From the NCBI GenBank assembly GCA_904063045.1, contig CAJFCJ010000002.1:806001-870000 (forward strand): a stretch of DNA of 64,000 nucleotides, written 5' to 3'. Made by a program: the position numbers and the translations under genes. Numbering within the stretch: the stretch's first letter is position 1; the number at the start of each line of letters is the position of its first letter. Shown here one piece after another: positions 51,101 through 64,000 of this stretch. Source of the DNA: Dimorphilus gyrociliatus. Its lineage: Eukaryota > Animalia > Annelida. The notes under the pieces are model-generated. The model saw only the letters and a program-made list of their open reading frames with translations, was not told where the DNA came from and searched no databases.

Positions 51101-54100
51101 TTAACGTCGACCGGATGATCTATCCATTCCATTGTTTCAGTTAAAGGCGTCTTTCTATTGGTCAAATGATTAATAAGTTCTGCATTTTCAACAATTCCTA
51201 ACTTAAAAGCTTTATCCAAAGGTAATAGTTCACCAGTACTGTGATCAGTGATTTTAGTAGTTGTTGGATCAATTAAACCACTTTCAATAGCTTCTTTGAG
51301 TGAATATTTTTCTCCAGTATTTGGGTCTGTTATTTCACCTGTTTTTTCATTTATCAGACCATTTTGTAGAATTTCATCGAGTGTTAACGGTCTATTTGCC
51401 GTATTAACAGTTATACCAGTCTTAATTGCTTCTTTTAACGGCACTTTCTTACCAGTTATTGGGTCACAAAACATGTTCATCTCACCATCAATTATACCTC
51501 TCTCAATTGCAGTTTTTAAAGGTATAAGTGCGCCTGTAGACGGATCTCTGACCAGTGATTTTTCAGTATCAATAAGACCTGCCTTAATAGCATCATTCAA
51601 AGTCATCAACTTTCCTGTTCCCTCATCTCGATACATTCCAGTTGAAGGATCAAAAAGTCCCTTCTCATATGCATCTTTAAGAGTTAATGGTCTTGATATT
51701 AAACCACTATTTATAGCTTCATTTAGACTTATCATTTCATTAGTATGCGGATCTTTCATTTTTCCACTATCACCATCAATTAAACCTCTCTCAATCGCCT
51801 CCGTAAGTGAACAATTATCGCCAGTCTTGTTATCAACTATCAGTGAAGCGTTCGGATCTAAAATTCCTTTTTCAATTGCTTCTTTTAGTGAAAGCTTTTC
51901 TCCGGTTTGTGGATCGATGATTTTTCCTGATTCTTTATCATACAGATTGTTTTCAATTAACGAATCTAATGACATCAAGGGTTTAGTGTCCTTCTCTAAA
52001 AGTTTCTTCGAATTTATTGCTTCAATTAACTCTTGAGGTGTTGATATCAATTTTTCGCTTAATGCTTTATCCAAGGGGATGACTTCTCCCGTCATTGGGT
52101 GAACCATAGTGGATTTTGATGGGTCGATTAAACCACGTTTAATGGCTTCTTCTAATGTTAATACTTCACCAGTATTTGGATCAATGACATTTGCAGTTTG
52201 TGGATTGAATAATCCTCTTTTAATGGCATCTTGAAGACTTAGATTACGTACTTTTTCTGATGGTCTAATAAGTCCGCTATTGATTGCTTCCAAAATATCT
52301 ATATTATCATCATTCAAGCCCTTAAATTTTCCAGTTTCTCCATCGATAATACCAGCATTAATTGCATCTTCTAAAGTCATTTCTTTACCGGAAGTGTTAT
52401 CAGTTATTGTTTGTGTTCCATCAATTATTCCACATTTAATAGCGTCAGATAATGATAAAAGTTCATTCGTGTTCGGATCTTTTACAAGACCAGTATTTTT
52501 ATCAAAAATTCCTTGCTCCAAGGCATCATTCAGCAAACAACCTTGATCTGACTTTTTAAGATCTTCAAACTGATCTTTGCATTTTATTGAATCAAATAGA
52601 GGAGTTTTAGTGTTTGTCAAAGGATCTACAAATTCTCCATTAATAATAAGTCCCATATTTACAGCTTCATCCAATGATAAAACTTTGCCAGTTGTAGGAT
52701 TTGTAATTGTACCAGTTGTCGGGTCAATTAAACCAATTGCTAAAGCTTCTCTAAGTGAAAGTTGTTTTCCAGTATTTGGGTCTATGATTTCACCTGTCTT
52801 ATCATTTAAAAGACCTCTTTTGTTAATTTCATCCAGTGTTAACGGTCTATTTTCCGCATTAACAATCATACCGGTTTCAATTGCCTCTCTCAATGGGATT
52901 TTCTTACCAGTAATTGGATCACAAAACATGTTCATCTCACCATCAATTATACCTCTCTCAATTGCACTGTTTAAAGGTAAAAGAGCGCCAGTAGATGGAT
53001 CTCTAACCAATGATTTTTCAGTATCAATAAGACCTGCCTTAATAGCATCATTCAAAGTCATCAACTTTCCTGTTCCCTCATCTCGATACATTCCAGTTGA
53101 AGTGTCAAAAAGGCCCTTTTCATATGCATCTTTAAGAGTTAATGGTCTTGATATTAAACCACTATTTATAGCTTCATTTAAACCAATCATTTCATTAGTA
53201 TGCGGATCTTTCATTTTGCCACTCCCACCATCAATCAAACCTCTCTCAATCGCCTCCGTAAGTGAACAATTATCGCCAGTCTTGTTATCAACTATCAGTG
53301 AAGCGTTCGGATCTAAAATTCCTTTTTCAATTGCTTCTTTTAGTGAAAGCTTTTCTCCGGTTTGTGGATCGATGATTTTTCCTGATTCTTTATCATACAG
53401 ATTGTTTTCAATTAACGAATCTAATGACATCAAGGGTTTAGTGTCCTTCTCTAAAAGTTTCTTCGAATTTATTGCTTCTAGTAACTCTTGAGGTGTTGAT
53501 ATCAATTTTTCGCTTAATGCTTTATCCAATGGGATGACTTCTCCCGTCATTGGGTGAACCATAGTGGATTTTGATGGGTCGATTAAACCACGTTTAATGG
53601 CTTCTTCTAATGTTAGTACTTCACCAGTATTTGGATCAATGACATTTGCAGTTTGTGGATTGAATAATCCTCTTTTAATGGCATCTTGAAGACTTAGATT
53701 ACGTACTTTTTCTGAGGGCGTAAGAAGTCCGCTAGTGATCGCTTCCAAAATATCTATATTATCATCATTCATGCCCTTAAATTTTCCAGTTTCTCCATCA
53801 ATAATACCAGCATTAATTGCATCTTCTAAAGTCATTTCTTTACCGGAAGTGTTATCACTTATTGTTTGTGTTCCATCAATTATTCCACATTTAATAGCGT
53901 CAGATAATGATAAAAGTTCATTCGTGTTTGGATCTTTTACAAGACCAGTATTTTTATCAAAAATTCCCTGATCCAATGCTTCATTTAGTGAACGACTCTC
54001 CTTTTTCTTTTCTATGAGTTTTGAAAAACCTTCGCCGTTTTCCATTATTTGTGCTATAGGCCTTGCCCTCTTGGTTATAGGGTCGATAATTTCTCCATTA

Positions 54101-57100
54101 TCGATGAGACCTGTTCTTACCGCTTCATCGATTGATAACATTTCACCACTAACAGGATCATTAATTTTTATGGATGTTGCATTAATTAAACCAGTTTCTA
54201 AAGCTTCATTAAGTGAACATTTTTTCCCAGTATTTGGGTCTGTAATCTCTCCCGTAGCTTCATTTAGGAGACCTCTATCTTTGATTTCTTCAAATGTTAA
54301 CGGCTTTGTTTCTGCTTTGACCACCAGTCCGCTTTTAATTGCTTCTTTTAAGGGAACTTTTTCACCAGCTATTGGGTCACAAAACATGTTCATCTCACCA
54401 TCAATTATACCTCTCTCAATTGCAGTTTTTAAAGGTATAAGTGCGCCAGTAGATGGATCTCTAACCAATGATTTTTCAGTATCAATAAGACCTGCCTTAA
54501 TAGCATCATTCAAAGTCATCAACTTTCCTGTTCCCTCATCTCGATACATTCCAGTTGAAGGATCAAAAAGTCCCTTCTCATATGCATCTTTAAGAGTTAA
54601 TGGTCTTGATATTAAACCACTATTTATAGCTTCATTTAGACTTATCATTTCATTAGTATGCGGATCTTTCATTTTTCCACTATCACCATCAATTAAACCT
54701 CTCTCAATCGCCTCCGTAAGTGAACAATTTTCGCCAGTCTTGTTATCAACTATCAGTGAAGCATTCGGATCTAAAATTCCTTTTTCAATTGCTTCTTTTA
54801 GTGAAAGCTTTTCTCCGGTTTGTGGATCGATGATTTTTCCTGATTCTTTATCATACAGATTGTTTTCAATTAACGAATCTAATGACATCAAGGGTTTAGT
54901 GTCCTTCTCTAAAAGTTTCTTCGAATTTATTGCTTCAATTAACTCTTGAGGTGTTGTTATCAATTTTTCGCTTAATGCTTTATCCAATGGGATGACTTCT
55001 CCCTTCATTGGGTGAACCATAGTGGATTTTGAAGGATCGATTAAACCACGCTTAATGGCTTCTTCTAATGTTAGTACTTCACCAGTATTTGGATCAATGA
55101 CATTTGCAGTTTGTGGATTGAATAATCCTCTTTTAATGGCATCTTGAAGACTTAGATTACATACTTTTTCTGATGGTGTAATAAGTCCGCTGTTGATTGC
55201 TTCAAGAATATCTATATCGTCATCAGTAATACTCTTTATTTTTCCAGTTTCCCCGTCAATTAAACCAGCATTAATTGCATCTTCTAAAGTCATCATTTTA
55301 CCTGAAGTGTTATCAGTTATTGTTTGTGTTCCATCAATTATTCCACATTTAATAGCGTCAGATAATGATAAAAGTTCATTCGTGTTGGGATCTTTTACAA
55401 GACTGGTATTTTTATCAAAAATACCTTTCTTTATGGCTTCATTTAGTGAACAAGAATTGTCTTTGTCCTTACTGCCCACAGTTTGGTCCTTTAATTTCAT
55501 TACTTCAGATAAAAGCATCTTCTTGTTGGTCAAAGGATTCACAACTTCTACATTTTCGATAATTCCTAACTTTACAGCTTTATCCAAAGGTAACATTTCA
55601 CCAGTGGCTGGATCAGCAACTGTAGCGGTTGTTGGATCAATTAAACCAATTTCAAAAGCTTCCTTAAGTGAATGTTTTTCACCGGTAAATGGATCTATGA
55701 TTTCACCGGTCTCTTCGTTTAAGAGACCTTGCCCTATAATTTCATCAAGGTTTAGAGGTATATTTTCAGCATTAACTGAAATTCCACTATCAATTGCTTC
55801 AAGTAAAGGTATCTCTCTTCCATTAACAGGATCATAAAACAAATTCTTATCACCATCTATTATACCTCTTTCTATTGCACGGTGTAAAGGTATAAGTGCG
55901 CCAGTAGATGGATCTCTGACCAAAGATTTTTCAGAATCTATAAGACCTGCCTTAATAGCATCATTCAAAGTCATCAACTTTCCTGTTCCCTCATCTCGAT
56001 ACATTCCAGTTGAAGGATCAAAAAGTCCCTTCTCATATGCATCTTTAAGAGTTAATGGTCTTGATATTAAACCACTATTTATAGCTTCATTTAGACTTAT
56101 CATTTCATTAGTATGCGGATCTTTCATTTTTCCACTATCACCATCAATTAAACCTCTCTCAATCGCCTCCGTAAGTGAACAATTTTCGCCAGTCTTGTTA
56201 TCAACTATCAGTGAAGCATTCGGATCTAAAATTCCTTTTTCAATTGCTTCTTTTAGTGAAAGCTTTTCTCCGGTTTGTGGATCGATGATTTTTCCTGATT
56301 CTTTATCATACAGATTGTTTTCAATTAACGAATCTAATGACATCAAGGGTTTAGTGTCCTTCTCTAAAAGTTTCTTCGAATTTATTGCTTCTAGTAACTC
56401 TTGAGGTGTTGTTATCAATTTTTCGCTTAATGCTTTATCCAATGGGATGACTTCTCCCGTCATTGGGTGAACCATAGTGGATTTTGATGGGTCGATTAAA
56501 CCACGTTTAATGGCTTCTTCTAATGTTAGTACTTCACCAGTATTTGGATCAATGACATTTGCAGTTTGTGGATTGAATAATCCTCTTTTAATGGCATCTT
56601 GAAGACTTAGCTTATCTATTCTTTCCAAAGGAGTAACAAGTCCAGTATTGATGGCTTCAAAAATATCCATATTATCATCATTCAAGCCCTTAAATTTTCC
56701 AGTTTCACCATCAATAATACCAGCTTTTATAGCATCTTCTAAAGTCATCATTTTACCGGAAGTGTTATCATTAATAGTTTGTTTTCCGTCAATTATTCCA
56801 CGTTTAATAGCGTCAGATAATGATAAAAGTTCATTCGTGTTTGGATCTTTTACAAGACCAGTATTTTTATCAAAAATACCTTTCTGTAGTGCTTCATTTA
56901 GAGAACAACCGCTGTCTTTCTTCTTAACGTCGACCGGATGATCTATCCATTCCATTGTTTCAGTTAAAGGCGTCTTTCTATTGGTCAAATGATTAATAAG
57001 TTCTGCATTTTCAACAATTCCTAACTTAAAAGCTTTATCCAAAGGTAATAGTTCACCAGTACTGTGATCAGTGATTTTAGTAGTTGTTGGATCAATTAAA

Positions 57101-60100
57101 CCACTTTCAATAGCTTCTTTGAGTGAATATTTTTCTCCAGTATTTGGGTCTGTTATTTCACCTGTTTTTTCATTTATCAGACCATTTTGTAGAATTTCAT
57201 CGAGTGTTAACGGTCTATTTGCCGTATTAACAGTTATACCAGTCTTAATTGCTTCTTTTAACGGCACTTTCTTACCAGTTATTGGGTCACAAAACATGTT
57301 CATCTCACCATCAATTATACCTCTCTCAATTGCAGTTTTTAAAGGTATAAGTGCGCCTGTAGACGGATCTCTGACCAGTGATTTTTCAGTATCAATAAGA
57401 CCTGCCTTAATAGCATCATTCAAAGTCATCAACTTTCCTGTTCCCTCATCTCGATACATTCCAGTTGAAGGATCAAAAAGTCCCTTCTCATATGCATCTT
57501 TAAGAGTTAATGGTCTTGATATTAAACCACTATTTATAGCTTCATTTAGACTTATCATTTCATTAGTATGCGGATCTTTCATTTTTCCACTATCACCATC
57601 AATTAAACCTCTCTCAATCGCCTCCGTAAGTGAACAATTATCGCCAGTCTTGTTATCAACTATCAGTGAAGCGTTCGGATCTAAAATTCCTTTTTCAATT
57701 GCTTCTTTTAGTGAAAGCTTTTCTCCGGTTTGTGGATCGATGATTTTTCCTGATTCTTTATCATACAGATTGTTTTCAATTAACGAATCTAATGACATCA
57801 AGGTTTAGTGTCCTTCTCTAAAAGTTTCTTCGAATTTATTGCTTCAATTAACTCTTGAGGTGTTGATATCAATTTTTCGCTTAATGCTTTATCCAAGGGG
57901 ATGACTTCTCCCGTCATTGGGTGAACCATAGTGGATTTTGATGGGTCGATTAAACCACGTTTAATGGCTTCTTCTAATGTTAATACTTCACCAGTATTTG
58001 GATCAATGACATTTGCAGTTTGTGGATTGAATAATCCTCTTTTAATGGCATCTTGAAGACTTAGATTACGTACTTTTTCTGATGGTCTAATAAGTCCGCT
58101 ATTGATTGCTTCCAAAATATCTATATTATCATCATTCAAGCCCTTAAATTTTCCAGTTTCTCCATCGATAATACCAGCATTAATTGCATCTTCTAAAGTC
58201 ATTTCTTTACCGGAAGTGTTATCAGTTATTGTTTGTGTTCCATCAATTATTCCACATTTAATAGCGTCAGATAATGATAAAAGTTCATTCGTGTTCGGAT
58301 CTTTTACAAGACCAGTATTTTTATCAAAAATTCCTTGCTCCAAGGCATCATTCAGCAAACAACCTTGATCTGACTTTTTAAGATCTTCAAACTGATCTTT
58401 GCATTTTATTGAATCAAATAGAGGAGTTTTAGTGTTTGTCAAAGGATCTACAAATTCTCCATTAATAATAAGTCCCATATTTACAGCTTCATCCAATGAT
58501 AAAACTTTGCCAGTTGTAGGATTTGTAATTGTACCAGTTGTCGGGTCAATTAAACCAATTGCTAAAGCTTCTCTAAGTGAAAGTTGTTTTCCAGTATTTG
58601 GGTCTATGATTTCACCTGTCTTATCATTTAAAAGACCTCTTTTGTTAATTTCATCCAGTGTTAACGGTCTATTTTCCGCATTAACAATCATACCGGTTTC
58701 AATTGCCTCTCTCAATGGGATTTTCTTACCAGTAATTGGATCACAAAACATGTTCATCTCACCATCAATTATACCTCTCTCAATTGCACTGTTTAAAGGT
58801 AAAAGAGCGCCAGTAGATGGATCTCTAACCAATGATTTTTCAGTATCAATAAGACCTGCCTTAATAGCATCATTCAAAGTCATCAACTTTCCTGTTCCCT
58901 CATCTCGATACATTCCAGTTGAAGTGTCAAAAAGGCCCTTTTCATATGCATCTTTAAGAGTTAATGGTCTTGATATTAAACCACTATTTATAGCTTCATT
59001 TAAACCAATCATTTCATTAGTATGCGGATCTTTCATTTTGCCACTCCCACCATCAATCAAACCTCTCTCAATCGCCTCCGTAAGTGAACAATTTTCGCCA
59101 GTCTTGTTATCAACTATCAGTGAAGCGTTCGTATCTAAAATTCCTTTTTCAATTGCTTCTTTTAGTGAAAGCTTTTCTCCGGTTTGTGGATCGACGATTT
59201 TTCCTGATTCTTTATCATACAGATTGTTTTCAATTAACGAATCTAATGACATCAAGGGTTTAGTGTCCTTCTCTAAAAGTTTCTTCGAATTTATTGCTTC
59301 TAGTAACTCTTGAGGTGTTGTTATCAATTTTTCGCTTAATGCTTTATCCAAGGGGATGACTTCTCCCGTCATTGGGTGAACCATAGTTGATTTTGAAGGA
59401 TCGATTAAACCACGCTTAATGGCTTCTTCTAATGTTAATACTTCACCAGTATTTGGATCAATGACATTTGCAGTTTGAGAATCTAATATTCTTGTTTCTA
59501 ATGTACCTTCTGTACTCAAATTTTTTTCGAGGTCTTTTTCTCCTAAGAGTCGTTGTTTAAATGCTTCTGTTAAAGGCACTACTTTTCCTGTTGTTTTATC
59601 AAGATAATTATTTTCGTTGATATCAATGATACCCTTTTCTATTGCTTTGGATAGTGGAATTAGTGCTCCTGTGTGATTATCTTTCACTAAAGAACGTTCT
59701 CCGTCTATTAAGCCAAGTTTGAGAGCTTCTCTCATTGTTAATTTTTGTCCATTGAGCTCATCGATAAAAATGCCGGTTGAAGGATCAAAAAGCGATTTCT
59801 TAAATGCTTCTTTAAGAGTCAGCATTGGCTTTATTTCTGATAATTTTGTTGTTATTGGAACAAGTCGATTGGTTTTAGGCAAACAAATCCATATTTTTTC
59901 GAAATTTATACGCGCATGAGGGTTTTGGATCTTAGTGTAAGGTATTTCTTTCATGTTATCAGTTATTACAGAATTTACTATCTTTGGATCTTGGGAGATA
60001 TTTTGGTATTTTTGTACTAGTTCTGATATTTTTATCTTTCCACTTTCGGTGCAGACGATTGATCTAGGATCTATTACTGTAAGTCTAATCGCTGTTGCAA

Positions 60101-63100
60101 AATCCATTTCATTATTAAAAATATGTATATTTTTTTCCAATATGCGATTCTTAATGTTAAGTTGAGCCAATGTTAGTGGCTCTATAACAATACTCTCTGA
60201 TAAAGGAATTTTTATATTTCTCTCCTGGTCAAGGAGAAATTCGCCATTGTTCATGAAAAGTCCTTGTTTTTGTGCGTCTTGTAAAGAAATTACATCAGCT
60301 TGAGTTCTCGGGTCAAGAACTTTCGATTCAGGATCAATCAAATTTTTTTCCAAGGCTTTTTGAAGATTCATGGGCTGATTTGTTGAATCAGTAAATAAAC
60401 AAGTATCTAAGTCATAATAGTTGTTTAAAATAGCTTCAAATAAAGTCGTAGATGAATTCGTGGGCAAAATTTTCATTGAAGTCTTTGTATCTTTTATTGT
60501 TGACGTCTCTCCCGTTTTAGTATTAACAACTAAGCCTTCATCTGAAAGCAATATACCTAATGCTAAACATTTGTTTAATGGCAGTAATCTTTGGGAAACA
60601 GGATCTCTAATTTTGCTCGATGGACATATTAACCCGTTAACTACAGATTCTTCTATTGTACAAAATGCCCCAGTTCTTGGATCTAACAATTTCTTGATGT
60701 TTTCATTGTACATTCCATACTCCACAGAAGTCATAAGTGGCATGGGTAAGGTAATAATTAGCCCACTCAAGACAGCTTCTAGAGGACTGTAACAACAATT
60801 ACTGTGTTGTAACATTCCTGTGCTGGCGTTAAAAATATGATTATTCATCGCTTTAGAGTAGGAAAGAACGTCTTTATGATCGATTATGAGAAAAGAGTTC
60901 TCATCAAGCACACCATCATCTATTATTTCACATATATTGGCTGCTTCAAATGTTATCGGATTGGTAAAAAGATGACTTGACATGATATAGAAATTTGAGA
61001 GCATATCTTCCAATGAAAGCTTCTTTAGCGATTTTAAGTCAATTAGGATTCCACATTCGATAGCTTCCCGAATTGTAATCTTTTCAGAATGCAAGTAGAA
61101 ATATCCTTCACGTAAATTAAGAAGACCACTACCAATCCAGGCGTCTAATTTCAAGAATTTTTTAATAATTGGATCTCTGATGAAAACATGGTTGATACTT
61201 ATATAACCAGAATCGATAGCTTCATCTATTGGTATTTTTGTACCCGTATTGGGGTCTTCGATTAAACCAGACTCCGGATCGTAAATGCCTGATTTAATAG
61301 CATCAACAAAAGATAATAATAATCTTTTATGGGGTCTTATCTTTTCAACCAATTTATCTTGATTTTGCACTATCAATCCAGTTTTGAGAGCCTCCGAAAG
61401 ACGTCGATATGCATTTCCTTCTTTTATTTGACCTTTTTTAGAATCTACAATACCGGCTGCTATAGCTTCAGCCAGAGTGAGCATTTTTCCCGAAGATGGA
61501 TCCCAAATTTCAGGTATATCGGATGCAATAACATTACTATTAATGCAGTCTTCTAAAGTAAGTGATCGGTTTGTTCCAGGTTCTATAAAGACATTGTTTT
61601 CGTCGTCGAATGTTCCAGAGCGTAAAGCATCAGTTAAAGATATTGGTCCTCGCCGAAATAAAATACCTCTCTCTCTCGCTAACATAAGTGGTATATGTTC
61701 ACAATGTTGCTTGTCATATACAGTTTGTTTTTCGGGATCAAAGAAATTTTTTTCCATTGCAGTTTCCAAATCCAAAACTTGATCATCACATTCACCAATA
61801 ATTGCATCATCAATATGAATTAATCCTCGTTTGTATAGCTCTAGTAAAGCATGCGTCTGCTTCTTAGAATCTTTAATTACATCTAACATTTCTGATGAAC
61901 TTTTCTTCTGATTTTGTTTCAAAGCCAAGTTCACTGCTTCATTCAACTTTATAAATTTACCATCAGAGCCATAATCTCCAGACTCCGCATCCAAGATATC
62001 CTTATCGACGGCTTCTTCTAAAGTCAAACGATTATGAGATATAGGATCAAGAACGCATATTGAAGAACGATCGACTATTCCTTTTTCAATAGCATCTAAC
62101 AGAGAATAAACTTCTCCTGTTTTCTTATCGCGTACTACTCCCTCTTTCGGATCATAAAGTCCCTGTTGTAAAAGCTGGTCGATTGTTGGCGGAGAAGTCT
62201 CAGAAATTTCCTTTTCTTTATCAGATACATTTATGGCGAGAAGAATTCCTTGTTCCAACGCTTCCGATAACCTAAGATACCTACCGCTGGCTTTATCTAA
62301 AACTAATTCTGAAACTGGATCATAATAGCTGTTTTTTGATGCCTCTTTTAGAGAACAAACTTCCCCTGACTGAGGATCTTTATACAACAGCTGACCCTTA
62401 TTTAGGTTACAGTTTTCATACAATTGAAGAGCTTCAGATACAGGTAAAACGCTCACTCTCTCACTCACTCCTAGTTCACTTTTTACAACAACATCTACAA
62501 CACTTACCTGTTCATTATTCGAGCCTATAGATTGAATATCTCCAATTGTTTCCTCCCCTTCTAATGCATCTCGATAGAAAGAGCTATCATCTGTATCTGC
62601 TGCAAGACTGCTGCCAATAGCAGTCACAGCTTCACCAGTAGTCGAAGTTGAAGGTATAGTTTCAGTTCTCGTTACTAAAAGCACCGTGATAAGTAAAACT
62701 ATGCATTTTAATATGCACTTTAATTGGTGGAAACTTACTATAGTTATCGTTTACTTCAGGATCAAATGATAAATCTGACTTTTTATCCTCGCTAGATGTA
62801 GATCGTTTGTGATCCTTTTCTGGTCCTATAGCGTCGCTGATAGCTGACTTATAATCAGATCTGCTATCAGATCCACCCGATAAGGGAGCTTCGTAAATAG
62901 AACTAGAATCCGACTCTTTTAGATGTAAATCGCCACAATCGGGATCATTAATGTGACTACTACGATCTTCTACCTTCGCAGGAAAGATAGATGAAGCGAT
63001 AGCAGCTCCCTTAGTTGGGCTCTCTGGCGATTTTTTAGTTTCGCTTTCATTTCGAATATTCTGAATTGTTTCACTATAGTCTTCTACAGACTTTACAGTT

Positions 63101-64000
63101 TCTGTTGTAGAAGTTGAAGTTAAAACGAAATGAGGCTGATCAGGAATAATTAAGCCTGCAGAGATGGCAATATCTAATGGTATAGCCTTTCCAGTTGCAG
63201 GATCTAACCATATTTTCTTTTCTGTATCTACAAGTCCACTTTTAATAGCAGCACTTAGCAACATTGGTGTTGACGATGATTCCAAAATATGATCTGTCTT
63301 TGAGCTGCTCACTTTCGGAAGTTCATGTCTCTTTACACTTTCATCTGTACTTTGTACAGTTACAGTTTGCTTAGTTTCTATCGTTAGCTGAGGCTCGTTG
63401 AACTCATTGCCAAATTTATTCCCAGATTCTGTTATTAATAGATTTAACTCAGCTGCTTTGGATAGATCTATATCCCCAAGTTGGGGATGATGAAAGGTAC
63501 CAGTTGCAGGGTCTATAAGTCCTCTTTGATTACCTTCTTCTAGGGATATTATTTCATTAGTATTGGGATCAATTATTTTTTCAATAGCCTCTATTCTGTT
63601 TTGATCTTTGAAGGGTTGTAATCTAACAGGTCTCCTTATAAATCCTTCATCATAGGCTTGTTTTATGCTTTGTATCTCACCAGTTTTTGTGTTACAAAAA
63701 GTTTGTTTATCTAGATCCAGTATTTTGCGATTTAAAGCTTCTTGAATAGACAACATTTCATTATCTGCTACATCGTAGACGACACTTATCTCAATTGGTT
63801 CTTCTTGAATATGTGCTTCAACCGTTACATAGGTTGCCTCATCTCTCGGTAAATCGTCGTAATCTCCATCGTCTGTTTCCTCTTCAGCTTTTATATAACC
63901 TCTTTCTATTGCCTCCAAAATAGACATTTGCTCTCCAGTATAAGTATTCATATATCTACCAGCAATTCTATTAGTAATACCTCGTCTTTCTGCTTCTTCG
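30123..64000 (-). CDS. MACF1: Spectraplakin, 3' portion: plectin-repeat region, spectrin-repeat rod, two EF-hands, GAS2 domain, Ser/Arg-rich tail; continues past the right edge
   Basis: Plectin repeats ([41 protein letters not shown]) from 64000 to 43828; spectrin repeats 43466-33000; the conserved [42 protein letters not shown] and [31 protein letters not shown]-hands; GAS2 domain ([14 protein letters not shown]...[42 protein letters not shown]); [13 protein letters not shown]; tail with [15 protein letters not shown]. The window alone holds roughly 10,300 codons. Single family member, co-orthologous to MACF1/DST/shot. Confidence 0.97.
43828..62674 (-). other. Giant single coding exon (~18.85 kb) of the spectraplakin
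   Basis: Acceptor GGTGCTTTTAG at 62675 (after a 64-nt intron 62738-62675 with GTAAGT donor) and donor AAG|GTTTGT at 43827. The frame is open throughout except for one missing base at 57802. Confidence 0.85.
44401..59477 (-). repeat. Coding tandem array: ten 1455/1458-bp units arranged as a 5823-bp four-unit higher-order repeat
   Basis: The marker CATCAAGGGTTTAGTG recurs with GG(G) at 44701, 46156, 47611, 49069, 50524, 51979, 53434, 54892, 56347, 57802 and 59256 (spacings 1455,1455,1458,1455,1455,1455,1458,1455,1455,1454). Antisense ORFs in the supplied track repeat with identical translation at offsets of 5823. Confidence 0.97.

Noticed and set aside
57798-57803. Programmed ribosomal frameshift or pseudogene call for the spectraplakin
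   Set aside because: There is no canonical slippery heptamer, identical paralogous units have the extra base, and the rest of the gene is intact. A one-base sequence error is simpler.
43922-59313. Many long plus-strand ORFs (up to 311 aa) antisense to the plectin-repeat array
   Set aside because: They are shadows of the minus-strand coding frame, repeat with the array period, are Ser/Ile/Phe/Pro-rich with no domain, and lack splice or start context.
44401-59477. Array considered as CRISPR, satellite DNA or a mobile element
   Set aside because: The units are 1.45 kb, in frame and translate to plectin repeats inside a eukaryotic gene. There are no spacers, cas genes, terminal repeats or transposase/RT motifs.
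62662-62738. Apparent frameshift between ORFs 62662..63951 and 57798..62684
   Set aside because: Explained by an ordinary 64-nt phase-1 intron (A|GTAAGT...TTTTAG|TA, 62738-62675).
1-64000. Functional clustering of FAK and spectraplakin (both focal-adhesion proteins)
   Set aside because: They are separated by six unrelated genes, and I know of no conserved linkage; proximity is expected by chance in a gene-dense genome.

Overview
Eukaryotic (metazoan) DNA from an AT-rich, gene-dense genome with mostly 45-80 nt GT-AG introns. It looks like a compact invertebrate genome, possibly lophotrochozoan; the species cannot be determined from sequence alone. I reconstructed by hand, in order: the 5' half of focal adhesion kinase (minus, runs off the left edge), a 4-exon orphan 7TM receptor of the cAMP-receptor-like/GPR157 class, an LMO1/3 (Beadex-type) LIM-only gene inside a large motif-rich regulatory region, CTDP1/FCP1 head-to-head with N-myristoyltransferase, a PLAC8/cornifelin-family gene head-to-head with an intronless two-EF-hand gene, and the 3' ~34 kb of a giant spectraplakin (MACF1/dystonin/Shot; minus, runs off the right edge). 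The most unusual structure is in the spectraplakin. One ~18.85-kb exon encodes plectin-type repeats built as a satellite-like higher-order array: ten ~1455-bp units of four types, with a 5823-bp period and apparently identical copies. It carries one single-base deletion at 57802 that is probably a sequence error. Two frame-preserving candidate cassette exons missed by the ORF track lie in the C-terminal microtubule-binding region: a 66-nt polybasic exon and a 48-nt exon holding the only canonical SxIP (EB1-binding) motif of the tail. No rRNA, tRNA, transposase or CRISPR array was recognised. All exon models are manual and need RNA-seq confirmation.
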